64,000 bases of DNA from Dicyema japonicum (GCA_011109175.1 RDEW01000004.1:1252667-1316666), one strand, 5' to 3'. Counted from the first letter of the stretch, positions 1 to 14,169 are shown. Translations and numbers: made by a program. The notes: generated by a model not told the origin, from the sequence alone.

Positions 1-313
1 AGTGGTTAATAGGTGGGAGGGTTAAAATATGTACCTTTTTGCACAGAATATCTACTTGGCTTCATGATGGATGAAAACTCACATATTTCTTCTTTTCGTG
101 AGCATGGACGAGGTAATGTGCTCAGGAAACAATGGAAACCCGAATTTCTGAACAAATGAAGCGTCTGATATGCATCTGAGTTCTAACCTCGCTAGGACCA
201 AAATAGAAAGAATGTGAAGGATCATCCGTCAGAAGGTGCATGTATAGGATGATAGTCAATATGATTATATGCATGTACTAATAATAATTTCGAGTTATTG
301 CCTGATAATTTCA

Positions 314-591
314 TTTTATTTGCTTTAATGGCGAAAATATATAAATTATTATTTAAATCACACTTAAACTCATGAAATATCAAAAATTACTACTGCTTTC
401 AATTAAAAATCAACATGTTTTTCCGTTGTATTTAAATGGGTTGGTCACCTGCTTTTATTTGCTTTAATGGCAAAAATATATAAATTATTATTTAAATCAC
501 ACTTAAACTCATGAAATATCAAAAATTACTACTGCTTTCAATTAAAAATCAACATGTTTTTCCGTTGTATTTAAATGGGTTGGTCACCTGC
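314..591. repeat. Two-copy tandem duplication, 139-nt unit
   Basis: 314-452 is repeated at 453-591 with one substitution. Confidence 0.9.
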
Positions 592-599
592 TCGTGGAG

Positions 600-720
600 A
601 ATACTTCCGACATTTGAAGCAAAGACGCAACTTACTACAGCGCCAAGCTACCGTTCCCAGATGTTGAACCCGACCCTGAACCCAAGTCACTTAAGCGAAA
701 GTTGAAGATACTCCTGTCGA
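600..720 (-). mobile_element. Degenerate SINE head fragment (same family as 17180-17490)
   Basis: Minus strand GCTTAAGTGACTTGGG...CGGGTTCAACATC aligns loosely with the SINE head GCTTAAGTGGCTTAGG...CGGGTTCGAATATC. Confidence 0.35.
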
Positions 721-961
721 ACATCAAAGTAAACGTTTGTTGTCTACTAATCCTTATTTCCACCACAAAGTTGATGGTAGTAGTTCAAAATCCCCAACAT
801 TCTTAGATTAGAACTGGGAACATGTGTGCACAAAACTGTTGTTTACATTCTGAAACCTCACGTGTCGGATGTTTTGTCGCCACAGTTATCCCATGCACGT
901 TAGAAAAGCAGGGACGATGAAATCACACTAAGTAATAAAATTAAAAAATTTAAATTAAAAT

Positions 962-3900
962 TCAATCAATGTCGTAAGGAAGAGAAGAGTGAGAATGGAC
1001 ACGTGTATCCCTCAAAGCAGAATTATAAACATTCTGGTAGTCGTCTTCCGTATAAGTGGGTTCCCTCGGTGACATATTTTTATAATTCCCTCGATCAAAA
1101 GAGACTGACTTCAGTTTCTTCTCACTGTCTGACTCTTCGAAAACTTTAATTATTGGTTTGGTTTCCTTAAGGCCTAATTCTTTGAAGAAGAAACTGTGAT
1201 TCAAACTGCTCACTCTGGCCGGTGGTACTTGCTTCGGTTTGTTGACAGAGGATCTTTCAATTTCAAAGGTTTGATCTCCCTTGGGGACTGATTCTGTTGT
1301 CCTATATTTCTTTATCGTTCTGAGAGGAATGAGATCAGAAGCTTCAGATTTCCATTGTTCTGGTGGAAAAGAATCTTCAGTTTTCAACGGTAAACGACGG
1401 TTTCCATAAATCTGGGGGATCGTGGCTACGACGCGTGCTACTTGTGGACCTGAAGATTCCCGAGTTGGACTCCTTGTGAATACAGGAATACTCTTCTTAT
1501 TGTTCGTCCTAGAGGAAGGAGGACCCGTTCTCGAAAAATGTCTCAAAACGGCTTCTCGCTCCATCGGATTCTCATTCTTTGGAGAGATCTTCACTAAGAC
1601 AATATCATCAAACGGAAACTTGTTTCTTCAGTGTCTTTCGGTTTTGAATCCGTCCGTGGAGGAACGGAATTAAGTTTAAGCAAAAAACTATTTCTGGCCT
1701 TACCTGACTCCTCCTTAGGTCCACTCGAAGGTTGAGAAGTTGGGACACGTGAAGACTGACTGAGTCTATCCAATTTGGAGTTCACTTTGGGTTTTTCTGT
1801 TGGATATTTGGACGAATATCGCAGAGTCTCTGGACCCTTCTGTTGAGGTTGGTTCACGGAATAATCCGTGGATTGATAATTTATAGTCGGTTTGTAAGAT
1901 CCTACGGACTTTTTGATTGGCGTGAGGATCACTGGCTCAAGATCTCTTCTGGGGGACATGGAGCGATGCGGTATTTCAGTCTATCATAAATCATCACCAA
2001 ACCGAAGGCGGGGAGGAGAACCCGGGATCTATAAGAGAATGAAATTCTAAAATATTCCCATCGCATTTACTCGGGGACACGTTTTTTATGAGTCTGTAGG
2101 GCACGTGGTACAAGGCTCCACTTTTGGCGATCTTAAGCTCAACACAGTCCGACGAATTCATCATAATCTGGGTGACCCTGCAAGATTAGCCATGAGATAC
2201 TTGTCGAGGGAAACGTTAATCATGCTGATCGAGTCCACCATCAAAAGCTGATCGAATGGTTTGACTCTCCCGTTCTAAAACTGAGCCCAAATCCCCACCA
2301 AATAGGCGGCCCCGTCTTTCACTATGGAGTCGACAATTATAATCTGGGATCCGTCAGTTTGAGACTGCGAATAAAAACGGAGAAAACCCGAGTTGAAGCC
2401 AGAGAAATTCCCAAGGTTCCGTTGAGTTTGTTGATCCTCAAAGTCACGATTTCTGGATGCAGTGGTAAGTGCATAGCCATCAGCTGGCGGCTTATTTCGG
2501 TTCCGTAGTGCACGGAATCAGTGCTTTTCGGTAAAATAGAAGATTCAGGGACCGTAATTAACATCACTGGTTTGTTGTTCATTTTCAGTTGACACAAATC
2601 ATTATTGTCTATCATAGATATCATCCCAAAACCAATAATGCTGACCACATAGTCTACGAATTCGTGAGGTACCTCAGTTAGGCTCTCGTAGTAGAAATCC
2701 TCACCAGGAAGTGAAAATGGGAGCTTCGCGACGTCCTGAAGCATCACTACGGACCTGTCTGACCCAATTACGAGGGAATCCACATCACGAATGAAGGCAT
2801 TAATAATCTACTTACAGACCACGTGGGCACCTGTTGTTTCACTTTGTAAGACAGCATGTGAGCCCGACAGGTGAACGTGTAGTTGTCCAAAATGTACTCC
2901 ACGTGCAAAGAATTCAGACAACTGAATCGATTAATCTCCGAAAAGTCTACTCCGTCCTCCAGAATGCACAAAAAGTCAACCATCTAAATAATCTAAGAAA
3001 GGGGGACCTCTGATATGAGTTGGAAATGGATAGTGGCACTCTGTTCAAGTCCCTGAATCACAATGAACGACTTTAGGAGGTTTATTCGGTCATTTAGACG
3101 ACGGCCCCATTTTAGACAACAATATTTCTGGTCAGACAGAATCGTCTTGACTAGCTGGTAGTTCAGAAGACCAAAAAGTTCTCCAAAAAACATCAAAGTA
3201 ATCGAGGAATGCATCTTATTAGTCTGCATCATAAAAATGGCAGAGCCGATCACATCGAAAGTCCTCTCTAAATCATAAAAGAGATCTTTCACCCAAAACG
3301 TTCCTTCTTCCGTAAGAATGGGGGTCAGCATCTAATCATCAGCTCTTGTGGAACTTACCTTCAATATCTGCGAAGAATGAATTCATTGCCTTTTCCAAAT
3401 CTCTGCTGACGATCTCGAAGAGTTCATCGTACCCCATCGTACAGGATTCAAGGAAGATGCTGAGAATATTGTTCGAGGAAAGTCGCAGAAACGAATCCTT
3501 TATAAGCAGTTGGAGTAGTTCCACAGTATTCGAAATCCAGAATGCGAGGAACGTAGGTACATCCGAGGATTTCTACCATTTTCTTACATAGGTCACCTTG
3601 ATTGTCTCAGAAACTGATGCTGCTACATTTAAAAGGAAGTTCTGAGCAGTTTCTTGGTCCTTTCCGTAGGAGTAACCTCGGGCAAGCAAATAAACGAAAA
3701 AGGCAGGCCCAAACTTGAACAAAACGTTAGCGGGAGAAACGTGCAAGGCATTCCTTAGCAAAAGAAACACATCTGAAAGATATACATGAACGATAACCTT
3801 CATCCCTAAAAGTGACTTCGGCCGGGATCAACGTGTGAGGCTGATGAGCGTAGGGATCTTCCAGTGGTCTTGATTTGACGGATACCGGATCCTTATCGGC

Positions 3901-5465
3901 ATATTCAGCAGAGTACTAATAATCGTACAGACTCAGCGGGTTACTTCTACAAATCCGGGCATGTATAGCTTGAAGATGGGAGACGAACCGAACTGGACAG
4001 AATCTCCATGGAGAAGGACAAAGCTATCAAAGACGGGGACATCATTTACGTACAATTTCGCCTTCTCGAATGGCTGGATGGTGGCAACTTTCCCATCGTA
4101 GTGAATTTCAGCATGGTGACCCACAATGTCGTCCCCAGGGAGCTAATAATTGATACAAATCCTCAAACCTCGATAAATGAAAAGTCCTTATTAATAGAAG
4201 AAATCATCGGACGGGAACCAAACAAAGTGACCCCAACCTGAAGGAAGATCGGATCAGATTCTGTCAAATCACGGAATAGCTCACCAAATAGGGTCCGCTT
4301 TAGGAACGGAAGATTAGTGTTCGTTTCACTACGTGATTTCACAGTTGATTGGATGGGGTCAGCGAAATTTGAGATTTTGTTGAACAAATCTCGATTAGCC
4401 ACGTGAAAAAGCATCAACCCTAGAGTAAGGCGGACAAGAACCATTAGCAGGGTTGTGTTTGGAGCGAATTATATACGGAATTTCGTTTTTCGAGAGCGGA
4501 ATTGCCTGCAAAATGTCGTCATAGCTGTATTCAGTAACTCCCGGGGGAAGAAGCAGCTATTATGTTATGTTCAAGTATTTACCTCGACCAGAACATAATT
4601 GTCGGGGTCCTGATCGTTCATCATGTACTTTCCGAGCATTTCCTTGACCACATAGTCGGCAGTGTCTTTGTAGGACAGAAGCAAAGTCTTGTAGGGAATA
4701 TTGGGGTTCAAAAGGGTCCCATATATTCGCATTGGAGCCCCCTTGTCGGGAGCTCCGTCAACTCCTGAAATTTGAACGAGTTTTCTGTCCAATTTTTGAT
4801 GTCGTTTTCTGCGCATGACAACTTCTGGGTTGACGATGCTCTGAGTGAACGATGTTTCGGGTATTTTCCTGTAAAGGTCCTTTGCAAGGAAGGTGTCGTC
4901 GGTGGGCACTCTCTCCAGTTTCTTGGACCCATTCTTTTTCTGAAATAATAAAAAATAATATAATTGTTATCAAATGAGCATATATTCAAATAGATAAAAT
5001 ATTGTGGCTAAAACCGAATAGGTCTGCGGCAAAAAATTGTCTGATTTTCTTAGAAGAAAGCGCCCCTCAATGCAGTCCTTCATCCAAGTCAACTGGAGCA
5101 GTAATGGGAGCTCGTCCATGTCGAGGACACGTGTAGCTATCGGGAATGAACATCAATATACTTCCATCGGGATGCACTTCACACATTCCATAAGAAGTGT
5201 TGGTCGATACAATTTTTATTGAACTGAGTTTTTCAAGAAGGGCGAATACGATATCAGAAACTGTAGCCGTGCTGTATACTCTGAGGCACTTAGTGGCAAT
5301 ATTCCCACCGCTTTCGTAGTAGTAAAACCGCATTACTCCGTAAAATTCCAAATTCTGGATTTATCGAAAATTTACCTCGTCTGGCAGGCTCAGCTCAAAC
5401 ATTTCAAGCCGAGTCGCATTCCACTCTTGGATAATTTCAACCAACCGGCTCCGTGAAACGTCCAT
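962..5465 (-). CDS. AFDN: Afadin (AF-6/Canoe): RA1-RA2-FHA-DIL-PDZ plus low-complexity tail, multi-exon
   Basis: Spliced N-terminus MDVSRSRLVEIIQEWNATRLEMFELSLPDE|NLEFYGVMRFYYYESGGNIATKCLRVYSTAT matches afadin. RA2 reads RIYGTLLNPNIPYKTLLLS. FHA lies at about 3930-4440 and DIL at about 2990-3800. PDZ reads IIVDSIVKDGAAYL|NGRVKPFDQLLMVD...ELKIAKSGALYH. GT-AG introns include 5355-5375 (21 nt). Stop TGA at 962-964. Confidence 0.93.
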
Positions 5466-5699
5466 TAGTCTAAATATTTAATTAATTTTATTGTCACTAT
5501 GGATAATGTTTTATTGTATTTATCGATATTATAATTTTATTATTTAAAATAATTTAATTTATTAATCTAAATAAATGTTTTTATTTAAAATAAAATTTTC
5601 AAAAAAATTAATAAAAAGTAAACAAACAGTAAACCGAGACTACGCGTTGGTCGAGATTACTATATAACGGATACTCAAAAAAGTTGGGTTCTTTTTATC

Positions 5700-5990
5700 A
5701 ACAATTTAGACAAGCGATGTTGTTCCTAACGTGTTCCGAATATCGAACAGAACTGCGTATGAGAGGACGAGGCGTCTTCCAATATCGGTTGAAATCACAT
5801 AAGTTAGACAGAGGCTCTTCGGACGCGTCCTGAGATTGTACTTGGAAATCTCATCTATCGTGGCCACGCATGACTTTTTGCCTCTGACGTCTCCCAATTT
5901 TGTGGACAATCGAAGACTTCTAAAAGATTGGGAGACGCCTCAGAGATATGGATATCAAAAAATTAGAAGAATTTAATTCCAACACATTAA
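5700..5990 (+). mobile_element. Decayed 3' fragment of RTE-like non-LTR retrotransposon
   Basis: RLFGRVLRL resembles RWRLFGHVLRM in the RTE-like copy at 62647-62949; many stops and frameshifts. Confidence 0.5.
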
Positions 5991-6260
5991 AATTTTCATT
6001 CACTTCTATTCACACACCACTACCTACTTGTTTTTAGGATATCTCTTCTGCTCTTTGCTTCCTTCAACTCCTCATTGCATCCACAAACGATGCCCAACGC
6101 CTGTCTTGGACCCAAAAAACCCACTTTTTTTACCCCAGTATAGGGGTTCTCATAATAGTGGACGTGATTCTGAATAAGATACCCTCCACCCGAAAGAGGT
6201 AACTGAATAAAAATTTTTTAAAAATATTCAAAAAATAACTTTATTACAGCTAAAATAAAC

Positions 6261-9200
6261 TCAGTCTACATTTTCATCAAAGCTATCAATGATCAGGTGG
6301 AGACACTCGTATGTCAAAATATTCGTATCAACGTCTAACTAAGAATCACAAATTCTACCGAGAATCTCAATCCCGGCATTTTTCATTTCTCGGTTGAGCT
6401 CCTCGATTATTTCCGGAGACAAATTCAAGTCAATCGGATCGCTAGACCTCTTCAAAACCTGTCAATGACCCAAGTGGGTTTTACCAGATTTAGATGTTCC
6501 TTCTGGAAGATTGCCGTGCTCTCCTTAGAAAACATGGTCCTCTGGAATCTCTCGATGACGAGAACGCGGATTTCGTGTTCTTTGTCATAATTTAGCTAAT
6601 CGTGAATAATAAATCTTACTGTGGAGATTACCTTAATTTTATTTAGAAGCTCCAGCATTTGAATTACAGGGTCATTTCTTGATCGAATATTCTGTTGGGG
6701 AATTGATAAAGCACTTTTCGTGGCTAAATTAAAATCATTGTCATTACAGCAGCCAGAAAGAGGAGGAAGTCCTCGCAGGGGACGGGAAACTCCGTTAACC
6801 CGGAGACAGTTGCCCACACCGGAGTCTGTGCTTATCTCCGAAATAGTGGTCTCACTGTGGAAGACTCTGTCCTCAAAGGGAACAATCTTCTCAGGCATAG
6901 ATCTTAAATAAACCAATAGAAATGCCTGTTTGTCTGTTTTATAATATTTTCTAGGCTTTTTTGAGTCCTGATTGTCGACTTGTGATTTGTTTCAAAGTAT
7001 TCGATCATTCTGTTTATTATGCTAGTGCTAAGATTTTCTATATCAGGACGATATTCAGGCTCAACGATAAGGCAACTGTAAAATAACGAAATTGAATTAG
7101 GCAAATATAAAATTCCACAAAATCAGTAAAAAATATTAAAAGATAAATATAAATCATTAAAAATAAATTATATATGGCTAGAGCGGTTAAAGTAAATAGC
7201 TTCAGTACAGATTACGCTTACCTTGAAATAAGCTCTGTTAGCTGGTTTGAGTACTTATTGGTTGGGATTTCTGGGTACTTTCCCTCCACAATCTGTTACA
7301 TAACTAATTAATTCTACATTAGTGACCAATTCAAGCACATTGTGCTCCTCAAAAGGCAATCTTAACTGACAAACGTGATATATTACACAGCCGAGTGACC
7401 AAATGTCCACTTTACTGTTGTATGACTTATTTAGGAGAATCTCGGGGCTTTAGAGTCAGTTTTAAAAATACCAGCAAAAGCATCTTGTGCCCACAAGCGA
7501 AATCATTGAGTCATTTTTAGAATTATTTACTTTTGCTAATCCAAAATCGGCTAAAAATAATAAATTGGCACCAACTTATGGTAATTTTGTCGTTGTCACC
7601 AAAAATTATATTTTTGGAAGTCAGGTCTCTATGTACGATGTTTTTATCCACGTGCAAGTACCTCAGAGCCAAAGTAATCTATATTTTCTCATCTCTGCCT
7701 ACCTGTACTACAATGTTCCATATTCTATGCTCCTGAATAATTAAATTCCGTTCTTTAGAAGTCAGAACAAAATCATTTAGAGATATACCATCCACATAGT
7801 CCATCACAATGTATAACACGTGGTCTTCCACGAAGGTTTTGTAGTAGCGAACAATATTAGGATGGTTTAGTTCTTTTTCTATCACATTCAGCTCTCGTAC
7901 GACGTCTTCTAGTCCATTTTTAGCTCCTTTATGTGTCATAGTCCTTACCTAAAGTAAGACTAGTTCAGACTTCTTTAATAGCTAGCCACTTGGTCCCATC
8001 GAGTCTTTTGGCTGAGTAAACCGTGCCAAACGAGCCCGTTCCCAGCACAGAGTAAAGTTGGTAATTCCTGACGAATGTGGCGGTCTTTTTAGTCAAATTA
8101 AGTTGCTCTAATTGCCCGGTCATTTTCTCGATTTTTGTGGGCTTTGATAAATTATACTACGTACAGAAAATGAGTTGATTTCTTTGACCAACGACTCGTA
8201 TTTTTGAAGTTCGTGCTCGTAGTTGTTGAGCTCCACAAATTTGTTGTAAATTTCGACAGGAAAAAAGCATTTAAAAAGCGAATGGTTTTTTTCAATCGCA
8301 TAAATGAATCTCAGAGCTCGTAATGCGCTGGCCTAAATTTAAGTGCATGTCTTACTTGTAGACCAAGTGACATAGAAGAGATTGATATGGTCGGCAATAA
8401 GAGTTTAACTAGGTGGTAAAGGCCATTGTTGGCCACAATCTGCCGAGCACAAGCGGCGTTCATAGAGGCCTCAGTTATTGCCACACAGGCAGCGTATTTA
8501 ATATTCAAGGAATAATTCTTGCTGTCCATCTCCTTAAATTAAAACCCCACGAGACTACTTTATCGTTCACTCGGTCATTTCGTACCTTCCCCATAGCGCT
8601 GGCAGGCGTAAAGGCTTCCTCCCCATCGACTGACAAATGATGCTCATTCCTGCCAATTTTGAAATATCAAAACCTTAGAAGATCGATGAATATTGGAATT
8701 CCCCCGGTTTGGTAAACAAGTTCGGTCAAGGTCTCGGAGTTTCGAATGAGAGAGATGAGGGTCCACAGTAGATTCCAGGTGAGACCCGAAAATTTTAACC
8801 CACAAAGTCTAAGACAGATAAAATACCTTAAAATTATAGGAACAGCCTGTAAAAGTTGAATAAAACCTTTCACTTTGTCATCGACAGAAATGATAATTAA
8901 AATATTTCCGGCCAAACTGACAATAAATTAAAAAATTACATTTTTGACATCACGTGGCCGTCCTGGATAATTCTAATCACGTGTTCAACCAGACTAATGT
9001 CATAAACGTGGTTATTCGCATTTTTCCTAAGAAATAAGCTAAGCTTCAACATTTGTACGACAATGTGCAGGGTATAAAGCGAACTGTGGACGATTAGCAA
9101 CTTTGAGGAAATGTAGGTTAGCTTGATTAGCTAGAATTTAATAGGAAAAGTACGATTTTGATAACATTTTTGAACTCTGGGCTAAACAGGTCACATTCTT

Positions 9201-9889
9201 GGTTTAAATTTGAAAATATTTTTTGAAAAATATCTAAAATTATTGAATTGTTACTTAATATTTCTAAAATAATATTTTCCAAATGACCGTTGGATTCACC
9301 CATAAAATATCTCGATGTTGTATTCGTGAAAACCTAAGTTAGACAAACTTGCGACTTTGAAAACTTCACAAATTCCGTTTAGTTTGAGAAAATAATTTCT
9401 ACAATTGCTGTCTCGCATGAGTAATCTCAGACAAGTCGCAACCCGTAAAATGTACTCCGGTTTAGACCGTTCAATCCAGTCACTAGAATAAACTCCACCA
9501 ATACCTAAAACAGAATCTATTTTTTGCGATTGCTTGTACGAGGGAAAGAAACTGATTCCTCTCAGGACAGGATGAAAAGTCCCTCTGTTTGGAGTATATA
9601 ACTCTAAAATCATCAGAGGTGGAAAATTACGAGAACTTCTCCAAAAGGACCTCTTCACTGCTCAAATGTGCTTTCCTTCGAATCGTTCGATCGCATTCCA
9701 TGGGTGGAAGCTAAATGAAAACAGAAATTTTACCGGCTGCCAGTTTGGAGTTGCGCTCAAAAGTTTTATGAGTTTGTTGAGGTTGAAGAAGTCGCTAAAA
9801 AAGTCCAAAATAGGGAACCTTTCCGAGTTGTGAAATCTCGCGTTTGCCTTGGGTTGTTTTTTAATAAAAAAATAAGGAGAAATATCCAT
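6261..9889 (-). CDS. NEK10: NEK10-like kinase (ARM-repeat N-terminus plus NIMA-related kinase domain), multi-exon; 5' end approximate
   Basis: RVATCLRLLMRD; ELNHPNIVRYYKTFVEDHVLYIVMD; LALRYLHVDKNIVHRDLT (the HRDLT variant is typical of NEK10); T|DFGLAK; C|PEILL...DIWSLGCVIY; C-terminal VIERFQRTMFS and LTYECL. Stop TGA at 6261-6263. Confidence 0.88.
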
Positions 9890-10605
9890 CAGCCTGATTG
9901 CCTAAATTTGTTTGCTGTAATAAGAAAACCCAACAAACCACACTTTGCCCATTTATGCTTTGCTGCGATTAGATGGATTATAATTAGAATTGAACGCATT
10001 TTCGACGCAAAAGTGCACAGGTTAATATCTTGGATTTACTAAGAAATGACTTAATCTTGAATATTATTTAGGTTTTATTTAGTGCATTAGTTCACAATGG
10101 ACATGTACTAATCGATACTTGCACATTGATATTCAATATTTTTGACACCAAATAAATTTATTTTATCACAAATTTAACAATTTTTCAGCTAAATTCCATT
10201 GAATTGTGAGGAATCACTGATTATTCAGAGAATTATTTTGAGGTTTTTGGGAGCATTTAACAAATTGAGAAAATATTTAATTTTATAATTCATTCATTGT
10301 TAATGACAAAATAAAATGAACAAACGGCTAATCTGCGGCTTCCTTACTGAGTGGCTATCCCCTCTCAGGAGCGAGATTCACTTCAAATTAATTATTGGTT
10401 AACCTGTTGACATTCTTAATTTGTCATTTATGGATTTTGCGGTTATGTCGGTTTTTAATTTATTCTTCCGTTCAATAATGGTCATTAAGGGAAGATATTC
10501 AAATCAGGATGTGTAATTTACTAGACCAGTAAATGGATGGTTTGCAAGGAAATAGGGTTTTCGGATAAACAGTCCAGGCCAACTGATTAAAACACATTTT
10601 ATAAC

Positions 10606-11298
10606 ATGTTGTTTAATTCATTTTTTTATTCAATAATGGTCATATTCGTTTATAGAAAAATCTCGTTAGAATCACTAACGCCAAAATCGAATTCTTTGAG
10701 CTACAATAAAATTTCCCCTGAATTAGTAGCCGTTATTACAAGACGAGAACACTTGTTGACCCTCCTATACATAGTTAATACGGAGTTGCCCCTCAGGATA
10801 ACAATAAAGCTAAAATACAAAATCTTGAGTTTCACGGACGTCATGGATTCTAAGTGTGCAAGACTTCACCCTTCTTCCTACACTTGTTTCGAGAGCGCCT
10901 CTGTCGAAGAGTCTTTGGTATTTCTTACCCTTGGTTTCTCTCCGCTTTTTACGATGGGTTTACCGCACTCCCATCAAGTTGGCCAAATGTTGAATTTTTA
11001 TCAGTTTTACTATGCCAAGAAACTCAACTTGTCTGAGTTTTTTAGAACGCTTCAAACGACATTTTGTTTACTTTTAATCAAAATATCTCTGCAATCGTTT
11101 GTTAGTGATATTCACTATAATTCGTCCTTTATCAGTAATTTATCATTCTCATTAGGTGACAATAACAATTTACAGTACAATAGTGTTAACCATAGTGTAC
11201 AGGAGATAATTTGTTTTTGGTCAAATAAACTTATTTTAATTTTAAGAACTGTTAAAACGGCCAGTGATCCCCATAATGATTTGGCTAGACTTGAGTAG
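10606..11298 (+). CDS. Orphan intronless ORF, 230 aa, hydrophobic N-terminus
   Basis: ATG-initiated 693-nt ORF in very AT-rich DNA, so unlikely by chance; no family recognised. Confidence 0.45.
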   Translation: MLFNSFFYSIMVIFVYRKISLESLTPKSNSLSYNKISPELVAVITRREHLLTLLYIVNTELPLRITIKLKYKILSFTDVMDSKCARLHPSSYTCFESASVEESLVFLTLGFSPLFTMGLPHSHQVGQMLNFYQFYYAKKLNLSEFFRTLQTTFCLLLIKISLQSFVSDIHYNSSFISNLSFSLGDNNNLQYNSVNHSVQEIICFWSNKLILILRTVKTASDPHNDLARLE

Positions 11299-12929
11299 TT
11301 CTCAAATCCTATGCTCATAATGATTTGGCATGTCAGTTCTAGTCTCTTTATCATGTCATTTCTCGTGACACTTATGATGATTTGGCTACAGTTGCTATCA
11401 TGTTATGAAGGAATCTACAATTTCTTGAAAAAAATTCAAGAACTTATATTTTATATTGAAATTTTAGAAAGATTTGAATTATTCAGTTTAATGTGTTTTT
11501 AATATTAAATCAATGACTCTTTAAATGAGGTCTCTTTAATTGCTGTCTAGTTTATTCATTTCCGAGTTATTGACAATTAATGAGTGCTTTTCATTTGTTA
11601 AATAAATTTTTAAATATTGTTCAAAGTGATTTTATGTCTGTTTAATTTAAAAATTAAGTTATTTAAATGCGAATCAATAATTTGAAAATCAATATCTCAT
11701 GATATTTGTTTTGAGTACTTATTGATCCTGCAATTTTAAGTACTTTTAATTTCAAAGCTTATAGAGGAAGAAATGTAGTCTCCAGTGTTTTATTTTCTTA
11801 GATAAAAGGCCCGATTATGTCGGCGGGGTAAATAGTTGGAACTTTATCTTTTATTCGTTTAAAATCAAATTTATTTTTCTCGGAAATAAAATGGCGAAGG
11901 TAGACCAACGTTTCTGCATGAACATGGGAAGGAAATGACGGACCGATGGCTTTTACTACTAGAAGTACTCTCCAATATAATGTCTGATGAATTAATCCAC
12001 GTGGGGACAAAAAAAAGCTGTTTATCAAATTCTTATCATTTTTATATTATATTTATTTCAAATCAAAACTAAATTTAATGAAACTAAAAGTTAGGGGGCT
12101 TGAATAGCATGGTATTTCCTCTGACGATTGCGATCGATGTACGCTCTCGAAGCCATGCGGTCTCACGTGGATCCTTGGTGACCTTTGGATCACTGAACCG
12201 ATCCGACGGACTAGATTGTCAGCTTGTGGACAGGGATTCCTGACGTCTCAACTTAGAGTATGATAAAGTTAAAGACGTTACTAGAGAGGTATCAACCAAC
12301 AAACTGAAGCTTTCGTGGACAACCGAGAATTACATATCTTCTGTGTAGATTAGGATTGACAACGGATGACTTTGGTAAAATTCAGTTTTGTATGGCTGAC
12401 AGCCACTCGTATGATTTTTGATTTTATAAATTAAAAATGCTAAGGATCCCTTGAAAGACGCTACCTATTGATGAGCACTTTTTCAATGTCAGGATTGTGA
12501 CAGAAACTATTCACATGGTCATTCTCCTAATTCATTGTCTGCTGTTTCTTTTTTGAGGTCATCCCCTCCTTGAAATGTTTCCCAATAATTATTTATGGTT
12601 CATCTGATAACACATCTCTCGAGACTTGTGAAAACATAAAACCATAAAAGTAACGAAATGATCTCAAAAGACCCTCATTGCAAATCAAATCTTCTTCATT
12701 GACCTAATGCATGTTAAAGTTAAAAGGTAAGAGAATTCTTGCCATTTTGACAGATTCTTAATTATATATGTCGCGAACACTTGGTACCACTCAGATCTCC
12801 TATTCCGATCAATTTAATATTTAAAAATTTGGGTTCCTTGCTTTCATTATGAGATTTGTGAGAACGCCCAACGATTGCGGTTTTGCGCTTCAAGTCCTCA
12901 ACCACCTCCTAGAAAATACTCAGTGAATG

Positions 12930-13770
12930 TTTAAAGTCAGTAAAATTAAAATACCCAATGAAATTAAAATTAAATTGCAAAGCTGCCTCTTTCACAAGAC
13001 TGCCAGCGAAACCTGGACAATTTATTATGTTGGAAATCATTTGGACTCTTACTGGGATCAGCCAATCAGCACCGACGTGCTTGTTTGCCTTCGGGGGCTT
13101 CTCCTAGAGTGGAGCTTGGCTAAACGCCATCCCAAATGGAGCTCTGGGCACCTTTCTGGATAATGAATGCGTAGAAGTGGTATCTCTCTGCGGCCGGGAC
13201 TGAAAGTATGTGTACCTCACCCGTGCCGATGTGGTATCCTGATAGACTGTTATAGCCTGCACCCTCTCGCCTGCAAGAGGAGCTCTGGCAGATCTCCAAT
13301 GCACAAGGCTCTGAATGAGATTATCAAGCGGACTATTGATGCTATTGATGCTGCTTATTCATTCTTAAACCGGTCGGGTTATGCAAAAGTGACGGGAAAC
13401 GACCGGACGGGATGACCATATTTTTTTGAGGCCGGGAAACCACTTGTTTGGGACGTAACATGTACAGACACGTTCGCCCCGAACAATCTTCACGAGTACG
13501 CTTCAAGGGCCTGCTCTGCAGCTGTCAAAGTGGAGATGGCTAAACTCGAAAAAAACTGCGACCTACACAAATAATGTCAAATTTGTTCTCCTTGCTATGG
13601 AGACTTCCGGATCCTACTCCCTTTTTACACTCGAGTTTTTCGGACGTCTTGGAAATCGGATCACCTCATGCACTGGAGATCTCCGTTAACGCCGCTGGCT
13701 ATTTGAGCGAATTTCGCTCGCAATTTTGAGAGGGAACAGCCACGCGGTGAGGGCGGCAACTAACTAACTT
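12930..13770 (+). mobile_element. CRE-like non-LTR retrotransposon, 3' fragment with restriction-like endonuclease, decayed
   Basis: HPCRCGILIDCYSLHPLAC...HKALNEIIKR, then RPDG...GKPLVWDVTCTDTFA and FERISLAILRGNSHAV; ends in ACTAACTAACT. Confidence 0.8.
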
Positions 13771-13914
13771 ATGTTTTGACCAAAATAAATAAAAAACTTT
13801 TAGAAATTGAAAAAATTGCAAAGTATTCTATCACTTATTTACTGAATTTACAGCTACATAATGGTTTAGAATAATGCTAACTCAGTTTGTTATGGCAAAA
13901 CAATCAAATCTAGT

Positions 13915-14030
13915 AATTTTTGGAGGTGATGGGAGAGGCCAGATGGAATTTCATCATTTCCATACTCCCACGGTAAATCAATCGTTTGGGACGCCACATG
14001 TGTGTACACTTTTTCTGGGGTCTTAACACC
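13915..14030 (+). mobile_element. Short CRE-like fragment
   Basis: Translates roughly as GDGR.PDGISSFPYSHGKSIVWDATCVYTFS. Confidence 0.6.
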
Positions 14031-14169
14031 AACACATTTTACAATTTTCAACGACATATTTATGCGAAACAGGTTTTTCTACGTTGCATAATATGAAATA
14101 CAACAAACTGGAAAATTTGAAAAATATTGATGCAGAAATGCAGGTGGCATTGTTAACCATTTATTTTTA

